From Ascidiella aspersa (taxonomy: Eukaryota), in assembly GCA_963924565.1 (NCBI GenBank), contig OZ004610.1:8246001-8310000 (forward strand): a stretch of DNA of 64,000 nucleotides, written 5' to 3'. This document shows, one piece after another, positions 40,001-50,060 of the stretch. A model generated the notes under the pieces. That model saw only the letters and a program-made list of their open reading frames with translations. It did not search any database and was not told the origin of the DNA. Position 1 is the stretch's first letter; each line of letters starts with the position of its first letter. Both the position numbers and the translations under genes were made by a program.

Positions 40001-43000
40001 ATGTCCAACACCCCTACTCACCTCAACCCTTTCAGTCGGCTGAAATGCACACCCCTCCTTTGCCCTACGCGCCTTACCAAAATCCTCTGCAGTTCGCCGC
40101 TAACGCGCATCTAATAGGTGGTCAAACGACTGAACAGCACCAGAGCGCCCACCAGTATGGCTATGAGGCTGATCAGGAGCAATTCAGGCTGGCAACGATG
40201 GGAGTTCATCCTTCTCCGGCGCTGCAGCATCTTCGCCAGCAATCTGACAGTCCGTTTTCGGCGGGCAGTCGTCGCAGTTCCACCGAGAGCCTTTCCCTTG
40301 GTGCTAAGTTCGTTCACGGCAACGCGCCCACCCCTCCAACACAGACCAACAACGAACACGATGTCGAAATGCGAATGAAAGCGCTGCTGTTCACCATTCA
40401 GCAGGATGAGCAGTTACAGAATGTAGAAGCGGCCCTTGTAGGACAGCAACAACCGCAGCTTGTACAGCCTCTTGGTCTAGCAAACCACAATCTGGTGCCA
40501 ATTCAACCCAAGCAGTCGCATCTTTTTCGGCCGCACGAGCACCAGTTTAACGGCAACCCGATCCACATGAACCTGAACGGCAACAACAACACAATACTTG
40601 GTCCGAACCCACTCCCAGTCGGGGGATTTCCCCGACCCGCCTCCGATCCCGCCCTTATCGTTTTGTCACGTGACCCCGTGACGTCAGACGGAGCGGTTTC
40701 GAAGGCGGACAGTCCCCGTGGTTTTACTTCGAGTTCTGATGCTACTACGGCTCCTGAAAATGGGGTTCTGGCCATTTCTTCGGTGTACAGCCTCAACGAA
40801 AGCGAATCTGGCTTGAAAACGACATCTGAGTTTCTAACGAAAACGGCCGAGGAAAACGCTGAAGATGATTTGGACCAAAACGAAGAGCAAGGTAAGGAAG
40901 TTTTGCGACAAAAAATAATGGCAAGCGTGTGTCTGCGTGTGAAAATAGCTAGAAACATTTCTGTAAAGATTTGGTTCGATTGAACATTGGTTTTGTCGTG
41001 CAAATAGTTTAGTTTATTTTAAAGTTAATGTTGGTTGCGGTTGATTGTAGTGAAAGTAAAATTTATTGGAAAAATAATAATTTGGGTGTTTGCGTTAGAT
41101 TTAAAATATTGTTCTAGACACTTTACATTTGTTTACTGTTTCTAGACAATTTTACATTTGTTTAAGTATTAAAGCTACCACTTTTTTCAGAAAATTTGGG
41201 TTTTACTTATATTATTTGAGAATTTACGTTGGTTTTTCGTTTGGTGTTTTTAAAATAGTAAATAATACAGTTTGGTTTAAGTGTTGTAAAGTGAACTGTT
41301 AACGTTTTCGATTTCTTTAGGGCGTCGCCGTCAATTGCAAACGTATGTAACCTGGTATTGGGCTTTCGTATGTAATCTGGTGTCGGTTTGAAATTATTTC
41401 ATGGCTCTGCTGTAATTTGGCCCGACTGCTGTTATAAAAAGTGTTGTACAGAAAAAAATGCTTGAAGAAGCCCTGCTCTACGTAATTATTCAACCCGCGT
41501 TACAAAATGTTCTGTCGTTTCGGTAATTTTATGCTCAGGGCTAAACATTTTTCGTTTCCCTTATATACCAAAAATTTTTATCCAACTGTTGAACACCGCA
41601 TCTGATAGTCATACCAAGTTAAGTCCAAATCAAGTCATTTGCCATATAAATGTAACTACTCCTGAACTCGTCCAAAGATTAAAGACATTCTGTTCAATAA
41701 AATTTGTGTGCAATAGTTTTTCTACGTGGAAATCGTGAAGAAAAAATAATCAAACTTTACCAAAATTTATTTAAGCACACTTTATATCTAAGTCAAGTGT
41801 TTTGCCGCGATAACTTCGGTCCAAGTAAAGTTACTTGTACCAAAGATTTAATTTAAGTTAATCCATTTGCAAATAGTAACTTAAGTCATTACAATGCTGC
41901 TTGTTTCCTATGACAACAGCAACTTTACGGCTTCTCCCAGCGCTTAACATGTTTTCGATAATGGCAATTTCTACACCCCTTGTAAAAGGACGTATTTGAT
42001 TTATAACCCGTAGTTTGATATATTGGGAAGTTGTACTATTGGTGATTATGATTTGACGAACAGAAATGTGTAACTGACTGAAACCTAAACGTGTAGTTTA
42101 TCTTGTAGGCTGGGGAAGTTAATTGCGCAAAGAATATCACTTTTTTAAAATATTATAATTTCCCTGGCACAGAGTGCCAAAAAAAAAACACGCTACAATC
42201 AAGTTGTTTTATGAGAGTTAGACATTTACACCGGCCCTGCTGTCCCAAGTTCCCAGACCATTTAATTGGCGGCAATTAATTGTGTTTTCCTGTGTGTAGA
42301 TTCCAACAGCGTGAGCGCTAAAATAGAGGGCCTCGTTCGCCTGTTGCGACCCGACGGTGATTTAGGTACGTGCTAGTAGCGATTGAGGGTTGACTGGCAT
42401 TTTGTCTTCCACACCTTATTAATGTTTGTTCTGCGTGTTGGGCGAAACTGCCAGATTTGTTTTTGCTACCGCGGTCGTCTCTTCTAAACGTACCAGTATA
42501 CCCTCACTTGCTAGTAGTAAAAGTATATTTCTATAGTCATAGAGTAATTTGCATGCGCCTGTAAGTTTATTTGCATGTGAACGAAAATGGAAAGCTGCTT
42601 GCACACTAAATCGGTTATTTTCGATCTTAATTTGCTATTTTTTTAGCTGAAGCTTTTATTTAGCGGCTTGGTTACTTCCTAACTTTGATTTGCATGCGGC
42701 ATTTTTGATACTTGTGCAGACTTTAGCTGCGCATTAACGTTTTTCCCACAGAGAACATTTAACAATATGTTTTTTTTTCGAAATAGAAAGAGACAAAAAA
42801 TGATCTATTAAAATGTTCTTCATATTTTTACCTCGGCTGAGTATGATTAAAATAAACGAAAATTTTCATTGTGATCATATAAACCATCATAGTTTAGCGA
42901 AAAATACAAAAGCACGATTTAAAAAAAATCAATGGTATTTATGTTTTGTTATTTTGTCATCATTCCGACCGCCTTCAAATTGTAAACTGCACATGAATTG

Positions 43001-45050
43001 TAAAAAAAATACAGCCTTTACTTCCCATTAAGAACGAAAAACATAATTCACAGGGTAAAGGAGGATTCTGAATAGCTATAAAATAATAACGAGCTGTATT
43101 TTAGGTGTCAGGGCTGCATTTTATAGTCAAAACGTTTTACTCCTGCATGGGTTTCACGTTAACAGGCGTGATGCGCTCTGTTGTGTAATACATCATACCC
43201 ATTTTTTCAGCCTTGATTAAGCAAGAGCCGTTCTAGCTTCCTTATGTTGGCGCCTCGACTCACACACTCGTTTCCTTCCGCCGTTTGTTTGTGCACGCGG
43301 TGAGGTGGAATTTGCTCGTCCTCTCAGCCAATTATTGTCATTGTTTGCGTTTGGCTATCACTGGCTTAACAATCCAGCTGTGATGGCTGTTGTTAGTTGA
43401 AAACGTGCATGACGTTTAGAATACAATACACGCTTTTTCGCAGCAATTTTAGTGAATATATAAACAATAATGTTTTACTAAATTGACCCATTTAATTATC
43501 AGTATAAAACAGGCTTCCCAAACCACAGCCCGCTGGCCAGATATAGCCCCAGAATTAAGTCTCATGACAGCGGAATTGACCTATTCAAGATAAAATCTAA
43601 AATTTGTCTTATTAAATAGATATTTATATTTCGGTAGTTCGTCACAAAATGCTAGATCGTCAGGCCCAGTGCTTTTCAACCCGTGGGATGGTACGCACTT
43701 GTGCGGATGAAAAAAAATTTAGTGCGGATGACAAACGTCGTGCGGTTGAAAATGGTGCATTTTATTATTTTGATCATGTGTAATACAGTAATCAAATAAG
43801 CTGGTGTGCCCACTTATGCGTTACAGGTACAGTAATATAGTCTCTCAGTGGTTCATTGAAGCTTAAGCCATCTATTTTATATTGGTTAAGATCACGGTTT
43901 TATTACACAAACCCTTTCATTGTTATTTCACAAACAAAACTAAAGGTTGCAAACTTACTGAGCTTGTTTCGTGAGGATGGAAATTTTCCGAAATAAAAAA
44001 GTTCGGATGGAAATTTTCCGAAATAAAAAAGTGCGGATGAAAATTTTAAAGGTTGAAAAGCACTGGTCAGGCCCTCAGGTATCCCGCCCGTTATAAAAAT
44101 ATTTGGTGACCTTAGTATACAGCAAAGTGGACGTATACCGATCAAATTACATTATACTCATTTAAAACTAGGCGTTACTGCTTTTTTTATATTGGTATGC
44201 AATTGCATAGGTTTTACATTTATGTTTTTACTCAGATTATTATTTTGGAAGTTGGCCCTGAATCGTTTATATACGATAAATATGTCGATTTTATCGAACG
44301 CTTCGGCTTTCATACTATTTATTTAAAGTGCATGATATATTTTGCCAAGAATGCGCGCGCTTTTAGTTTTTATTCTTTATTTTCGGTTTAACCTATTTTT
44401 TCAATAAATATTATATTTCGAACATTTTTTTATCGACATTGCAATTGTACTGACCGGCCTTTGTTGAACCCGTTTAGTGTCGGAGATGGAATCGACTGCG
44501 GACCTAATAAAAAGAAAAGGTGGCAAAAGACGCCGTCGGACCAGTAAGTTGGTGTATTTTAAGTGGAATACCACAAATTGCGCTTTTGAGTTTTAATGAA
44601 AATATTTCCCGCTATTTGCTTAAATTCGGTCGCTACGAAGGGATGGTAGCCACGTTGTTTAACCTCCCATAATTGCGTGGTAAATGTATTTCATCGCAAG
44701 AGTATTATAAGTGTATATGTGAAAAAATATATGTGCGAAGTAACCACAGATCTCTAGCGTCACTGGTGTGTAAATGATGAATTTTGTTCAATGCTTTTAA
44801 GTTCCGCTTTTACTAATATAAAAAACACTAATTTTTAAAAAATAAACCTACTGTTAATTTTTGACGACAAGCGGATATTTTTAAAACGCTATTTTATCAT
44901 CGTTATGCGCAAGGTTCCGAAAGATCTCTAGCGACACTGGTGTTTAAATAGCGTTATTTTTTTTGTGAATTTTTAGAAAAACAGAAAAACGAATTGAGTA
45001 CAGTTGTTCAGAGATTGGCGGGCCGCGTTAAAGGCGTGAAGACGTACTGA
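19031..45050 (+). CDS. Uncharacterised giant (~3,337 aa), mostly low-complexity nuclear protein. Proposed exons 19031-19057, 22702-22914, 26265-26492, 27453-33938, 34689-35049, 35367-36223, 37595-37699, 39361-40891, 42300-42365, 44478-44543, 44977-45050
   Basis: Every proposed junction is GT-AG and phase-compatible; total 10,014 nt with a single stop at 45048-45050. Includes the ORF-track frames at 27396, 35264 and 39352. Basic NLS-like runs (KKFRRKRKQKRR, KQKRKRKSK, KRKGGKRRRRTKKQK). The first exon (MFKNQLVRR) is least certain; ATG 22804 is an alternative start. Confidence 0.75.
21345..21450. mobile_element. End of a hAT-like element with subterminal GACTT/AAGTC repeats (family B)
   Basis: CAGTGTTGCA terminus followed by dense GACTT/AAGTC pentamers; related segments at ~41615-41899 and 55405-55858. 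Confidence 0.5.
25185..25493. mobile_element. hAT (Charlie/Buster-type) MITE, 309 bp
   Basis: TIR CAGTGCTTTCC ... GGAAAGCACTG, internal GGGTCGCG motifs; flanks ggttaaag / tgttaaag (7/8 TSD). Confidence 0.8.
25606..25653. repeat. (GTTT)12 microsatellite
   Basis: Perfect tetranucleotide run, directly visible. Confidence 0.95.
27453..33938 (+). CDS. Giant internal coding exon (6,486 nt, 2,162 codons) of the uncharacterised gene; Ser/Thr/Lys/Pro-rich
   Basis: Acceptor attcttttccag ends 27452; donor CAG|gtaagt at 33939; uninterrupted frame in the ORF track. Confidence 0.88.
36640..37260. repeat. Degenerate ~30-bp minisatellite-like region in an intron
   Basis: Recurring units resembling ACGTTACGCAACCATACGTTGTCTATCGGT (e.g. 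near 36736, 36929, 36959); highly diverged. Confidence 0.55.
41615..41899. mobile_element. hAT-like family B fragment (AAGTC repeats)
   Basis: Multiple AAGTC/AAGTT motifs ending in TTACAATGCTG, the reverse complement of a CAGTGTTGTAA-like TIR. Confidence 0.4.
43211..43236 (+). CDS. Candidate alternative terminal coding exon (ALIKQEPF*) of the giant gene
   Basis: Strong acceptor attttttcag ends 43210; a phase-1 join to exon 42300-42365 gives ...DGDL-ALIKQEPF-stop, containing the SUMO consensus IKQE. Confidence 0.45.
43510..44114. mobile_element. Older hAT MITE hosting a nested insertion
   Basis: CAGGCTTCCCAAAC ... TTTGGTGACCTTA ends; flanks gtataaaa / gtatacag (6/8). Confidence 0.5.
43667..44065. 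mobile_element. Young hAT MITE, 399 bp, nested in the older element
   Basis: Perfect 15-bp TIR CAGTGCTTTTCAACC/GGTTGAAAAGCACTG; perfect TSD GTCAGGCC (43659-43666, 44066-44073); subterminal GTGCGGATG motifs and a 30-bp internal tandem duplication. Confidence 0.9.
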
Positions 45051-47867
45051 ATAGATGTTCGGAATCCGAGGGTTTCTAGTTGAAATTCCTCTCTCGATGA
45101 TTCTTGCTTTCAATAATTACAATGGTTTATTGGAAAGCAACAATTGAAAAGCAAATGTGATAATCGTAAATTTTGATATGCCGAGGAAACTTCGCCTTTC
45201 CGACAAATGAATGAAAGAAGACAACAACCAAAGGAGCAGCCGCCAATCTAAGGAAACCTTTTTCAAGGGACGAGTTCTGTTGCAGCCGTAAAATGCATCA
45301 CAGAGGGTTAAATAAGCTCACAAAAAGTATTTTGTTAGTCTAATAGGCTCACAATTAAAAAAAAGTATTAACTTATTTTTATTTTCGCTGGATTATCACA
45401 TTTAAAACGATAATGTCTAGCGAATTGCCCATTATGGTGATCTAAAAAACAAATATAAAAAAATTGCCAGTGTGTAAACTTTGTTAAATGACCAAGTGTC
45501 CGTGTTGTCTTAATTTAGCCAAAATACTCTGTAACCCACAAAATAAAGAATGCATTTATGATAAAAATTTAACCAAACGTTCCAGCTTAAACTAGAACGA
45601 TCATGTTTGTGTTATTTACTAACGTTTAAATGGTAATTCAACAGGATTTTTTTCCTTTTATATCGCCCTTAACGAGTTATTTGGAGTTTTTGCCCTTTCG
45701 CATTCCGCTGTTATCTGCTATTTCGTGCTTTGTAACTTTTATAATATATTTATTGCGGTTCCATCAGCACACTGCATGCTTGCCCTCCCAAACACCATAT
45801 GACTTCAATACGTTACAGAAATTTATTTTCTTTTTGGTGCCTAAGGTACTCATTTGTCACCATTGCCAGCGACGAATGTGTAAATTAAGTGCCCAGATAA
45901 GTTGACAGTTTCCCATTACCTTATTCGATTGGAAGTTTATGTTGAGTAATGGGGGCCTATTGTAACGAAGCATTTTATGAAAACCCCTGTCCCCATTGAC
46001 CAAATTAGGTAAAAATTATTGTATTCGCCACTACTATATTTCATCTTATAGATGAACTTTTCATTCAGTTCGTACATTTGTGATTTAAGCGAAACCAATA
46101 GGTTTAGTTCTATGGTTCATCTAACCCCCCGGAAATATTTTCCATTTTTTATCATTAAAAAAATTGATTACCGGTAGTTAGTTATCTGTGACTTTTTTAT
46201 CATGCCAACATCCTTGTTCGTATTTGTGCCAACACTTTTGAAGCTTTTTCTTTGCAGACTTGTTTGAAATCGTTGCGATCGCATCTTTTAAGATTTCGTT
46301 TTGACTTGCATTGCCAATTGGTTTCTTTTAATCCTTGCTTAAAGATCGGAATCCACTTTTTTATTTATTTTTTTACTAATGTAAACATTTTTGGCCGTTG
46401 ACGAATCGCGAGAGTAAGTCAAACGAACACGAATTTTATTTTTGACCGCTCTCCACTGATTTTTGTTCTGTATATTTATCCCAACCTTTTGTACATTGTA
46501 GAATTTTTGCCACGTGTGCTCTTGCTCTTAAGGGAAAGTAATTCTATCTTGATTGTGCTGTGACTTGAGTGTACGACGTGTTACTGTAAATATTTTAATT
46601 GCCCGAATCCACTTGAGTTTCCATACAGTTCCAATATTACCCTGTGTTTTTTTAATTTTTAATAGTGTTTTTTCGTTATTATGCATTTCTTTCTTCCTGT
46701 ATATCCAAATCGCCGGTTCTTCTTCATACTTTTCCTGGCTCTGGAATTTACATAAAACATTTGTTTTGGCTGGCTGTCTCTGTTAACTTTTTTCTACAGT
46801 ACAAACTCAAATCAACAGTTCAATTAACGTTTAAAGTAGCCTAGGGAACTAGCCAGGGTTTGGAAATCACCATAGAATAGTAAAATAGAGAACCGTGTAG
46901 ATGTAACTTTAGCAAAGGAGACGTTTACCGACCCTAAAACAACTATTTTCCAGTGCTTTCTACGTAATAAAAATAACTAAAAAGTTGGAAAAAAAATCTT
47001 ATGCTCAGAGTTTTGCAACTGACTTGACGTTTTAAATATTTTTTACAACACTGGAAATAATTATTAAACTTCACTTTTCAGTGGTTAGCTGCGTTTTTAA
47101 AGCCGAGGTGGACAAATTTGACACTTGTGGGATCTATAAACACTAGCAAGCCATAAAACCAGTTATATCAATACCTATATTGCGATAGGTAAATACTAAA
47201 CCTATTATCCGAAATGCTTTAAACTTTATAACAGTGAACCATAGTAAAATCATGTTTATTGATTGATGTCTTTAATAACTACTTTTATCATGCGAACAAG
47301 ATTTGTTACAAATTCACTTTTGTAAAAGTAAACAACAATATTGTTTAACCCCAGATTATGTGCGTTATACACAAGTCAGGTTATACAGTTTGGCACAACG
47401 GCAATGTTTGCTATAAAATGCATAACATAACAGTACAAATAAAAACAAATTCCAAAAACTTTAAGTGTTGTTTAGTGAATCGGTAGTTATCTACACATGT
47501 TTTGATGTTACTCTCATATATAACAATGCTAACAAGTTCAGGCAAATTCGGTATTAAATACCCCAAAAGTTTTTGTACAACAAATCATTATTTATATTTT
47601 AAATTGCATGTATTGATTGCACCACTCGATAGCTGTACAAAAAGTATTCACATTTTACATTGGCCAAATTTGTACTATTTATAACATCAACACCCATTGC
47701 AAATTGGACAACAGAAAAACCATTTTTTATATACAACATGCACGCTTCTCTTTAAACAGACAACAGAATGCACCGTAAAATATTTTTTAAAAGCAACAAA
47801 ATTATTTGTGGTCCACACCAAAAATAACCTAAAAAAGAGTTTCAAGCGCAAGTCCGTCCGACATAAA

Positions 47868-48498
47868 TTATTTTGCTTGCTTTTCTAATGTTTCATTTTT
47901 TCTCTTAGTTTCAGCATTAGCAATAGTTGAAGTTGCTTTTCGGCTGACATCTTTTACGTGATGTTGTGCAGACTCTTTCTTTGTTCTTCCTGCAAAAAAT
48001 ACCAACAAAAAGTTATCACACTAATTAAATTACAAATGTTAACAATCAGCTAGAATTTATTTTATTTACTGATGGGCATAGATATGTATTTTTCCTTCTT
48101 TACAAACTATTAATAGTGGTTATACAACATGACATAATAGTCACAGAATAATTTTTACCACATGACACTTAGTGTATATATTGCGAAAGTAGTTATCATA
48201 AAATATATATATAACACTTAATGCATTATCCAACAAATTCTGAATAGGTAATTAAAAAGATCAACAAGAAAAAACAATGTCAATATTTGTTTGAAGCACA
48301 TTTATAAAAATAATTTAAAGCATACAAAATAATCCTTGTATTAAACTAAAGCCAAGGCATTTTAATGGCAAGCGATTTGTTTTAAATAACAAGTAACATA
48401 AAAGTACCTTTTCCGCCGTGTCCAGTAAGCTTATCCTGCTCATAGTTGTAATGTTCATATTCGTCTTCAACTGGTTGGCTTGCTTGCGATGATGACAT
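47868..48498 (-). CDS. NUPR1: Nuclear protein 1 (NUPR1/p8) homologue, 70 aa. Exons 48498-48408, 47989-47868
   Basis: Spliced product MSSSQASQPVEDEYEHYNYEQDKLTGHGGKGRTKKESAQHHVKDVSRKATSTIANAETKRKNETLEKQAK. The DEYEHYN, GKGRTKKE and RK...NAE..K blocks are typical of the p8/NUPR family; phase-1 GT-AG intron. Confidence 0.85.
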
Positions 48499-49214
48499 TG
48501 TCACGAATTCGAGCACAGTTCTATTTGTAAGTAGTATAATATATAGGCTGCAAAGTCTAAAACGCAAAACAACAACAAATCAATAAAATTAAAACTGCTA
48601 AGCAGCTAACATGACGGTGAACGTTTTTTTCCTAATCGTCCTTCTGATTATCAATACGCCATTTTCTCGTTTGGCAACATTTCATTAACGGTTCGACAAC
48701 AGTCATCTGCTCAATCGTACGCGTTACAGCTGCCTTTCAGGCAATAAAAACGTTTAGCACGTAAACATTTGTGTTTCAGGTTTAACTGGCAATCTCTGTA
48801 CAACGAAGTGCCCCGTGGCTATGACGCAATAACAGACCGTGACGAGAAATTATTAGTAAAAATATACAAAAATTATGACATTAGGCGGTTTATTTATGAT
48901 TTAATAACAAATTCGGCTCTAAAAATAATTAGGGGGTGTTTAATAATTTTGAAAAGATGTTGAAGCCTAAATATTACATAATAAAAAAGTGAAAATTTTA
49001 AATTGTTTTTACATGCTTCACTGTTTAACATGTGGGAAAATATGACAATGTTGTTGTTAACAAATCTTAACATTTGTTTGCTTTTGTTGTAGTTTTAAGT
49101 TCGTTTTTTGCATTCAGTTAAACACAAATAATAAATAATCTTATGCGGATGGTCGAGACAGTCAAACAGTTTTTAGGTGTTTGCCTTTCAGACGTTAACT
49201 TTAGGAAAAACTTT

Positions 49215-49421
49215 GGCGCTGGCGTAGAATCCTACCACATTTTTGTCCGGGGGTTTATATTGCTAACAATATTTGGGTTAAGGTGCGAGTGTTGGTTCGG
49301 GTGAGTCAAGTATTATTATTACATTTATTCCTTAGTATTTATGTCTTTCCTTGTAATTTCAACTTTGACAACTTGTTTCGTTACTGTCAAAATAAATGGG
49401 GTAGGATTCCAGACCAGTGCC
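49215..49421. mobile_element. Fold-back MITE family A, copy 2
   Basis: GGCGCTGGCGTAGAATCCTACC ... GGTAGGATTCCAGACCAGTGCC; internal GGGTTAAGGTGCG and GTCAAGTATTATTAT shared with copy 3; no clear TSD. Confidence 0.75.
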
Positions 49422-49477
49422 GTTTTTGTAAAATTAAATAACTCTATCTATTATCTTAAACATGTTTTGTTATTACC

Positions 49478-49680
49478 GGTGCTGGTCTAGAATCCTACCA
49501 CAGTTCTAAAATTAACGCACAAAATTTGAGTTAGGGTGCGGGTTAGCGTTCGAGTGTGGGTGGGTCAAGTATTATTATATTCTTTGTTTAATAATAATAC
49601 TTGACCCACCTTAACCCAAACGCTAACCCGCACCCTAACCCAAATGGTGTTTCGTTGTGGTAGGATTCTAGACCAGCGCC
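49478..49680. mobile_element. Fold-back MITE family A, copy 3 (most intact)
   Basis: TIR GGTGCTGGTCTAGAATCCTACCACA / TGTGGTAGGATTCTAGACCAGCGCC; internal inverted arms TTAGGGTGCGGGTTAGCGTT...GGTGGGTCAAGTATTATTAT and ATAATAATACTTGACCCACC...AACGCTAACCCGCACCCTAA; perfect flanking duplication TTATTACC (49470-49477, 49681-49688). Confidence 0.9.
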
Positions 49681-50060
49681 TTATTACCTTGCACATATCG
49701 TTATTAGAATCTTTTTAAAAGCTGAGAAAACTAGCAAATAAAAAGGGATGAATCATTCATGATATTCATCATCATTCATGACATTTTTTAAGCTATTTTC
49801 TCACCTGGAATATTATAGTGCCTACACAATCTAAAAAATAAATGTACTTAGTTTGTGCCAGTGATTAAATAATAGAATTCCAAACCTCAGGTCTGCATTG
49901 AAGCTTGATTACACAACTAAAAACTTGGCAACGCACACTAATATCTTGTCCCTGATCCCAAAGTGGTTTGTTTTTTTGCCCTGCAAATAATAACACATCA
50001 ATATTGTTATCTTTGGCTTATTTAGAAATATTAAACAGCTTAGATATATTCTGAAAGACA

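Noticed and set aside
49528-49642. GGGTTAG/CTAACCC motifs as an interstitial telomere
   Set aside because: Only a few imperfect copies, arranged as the inverted arms of a MITE.
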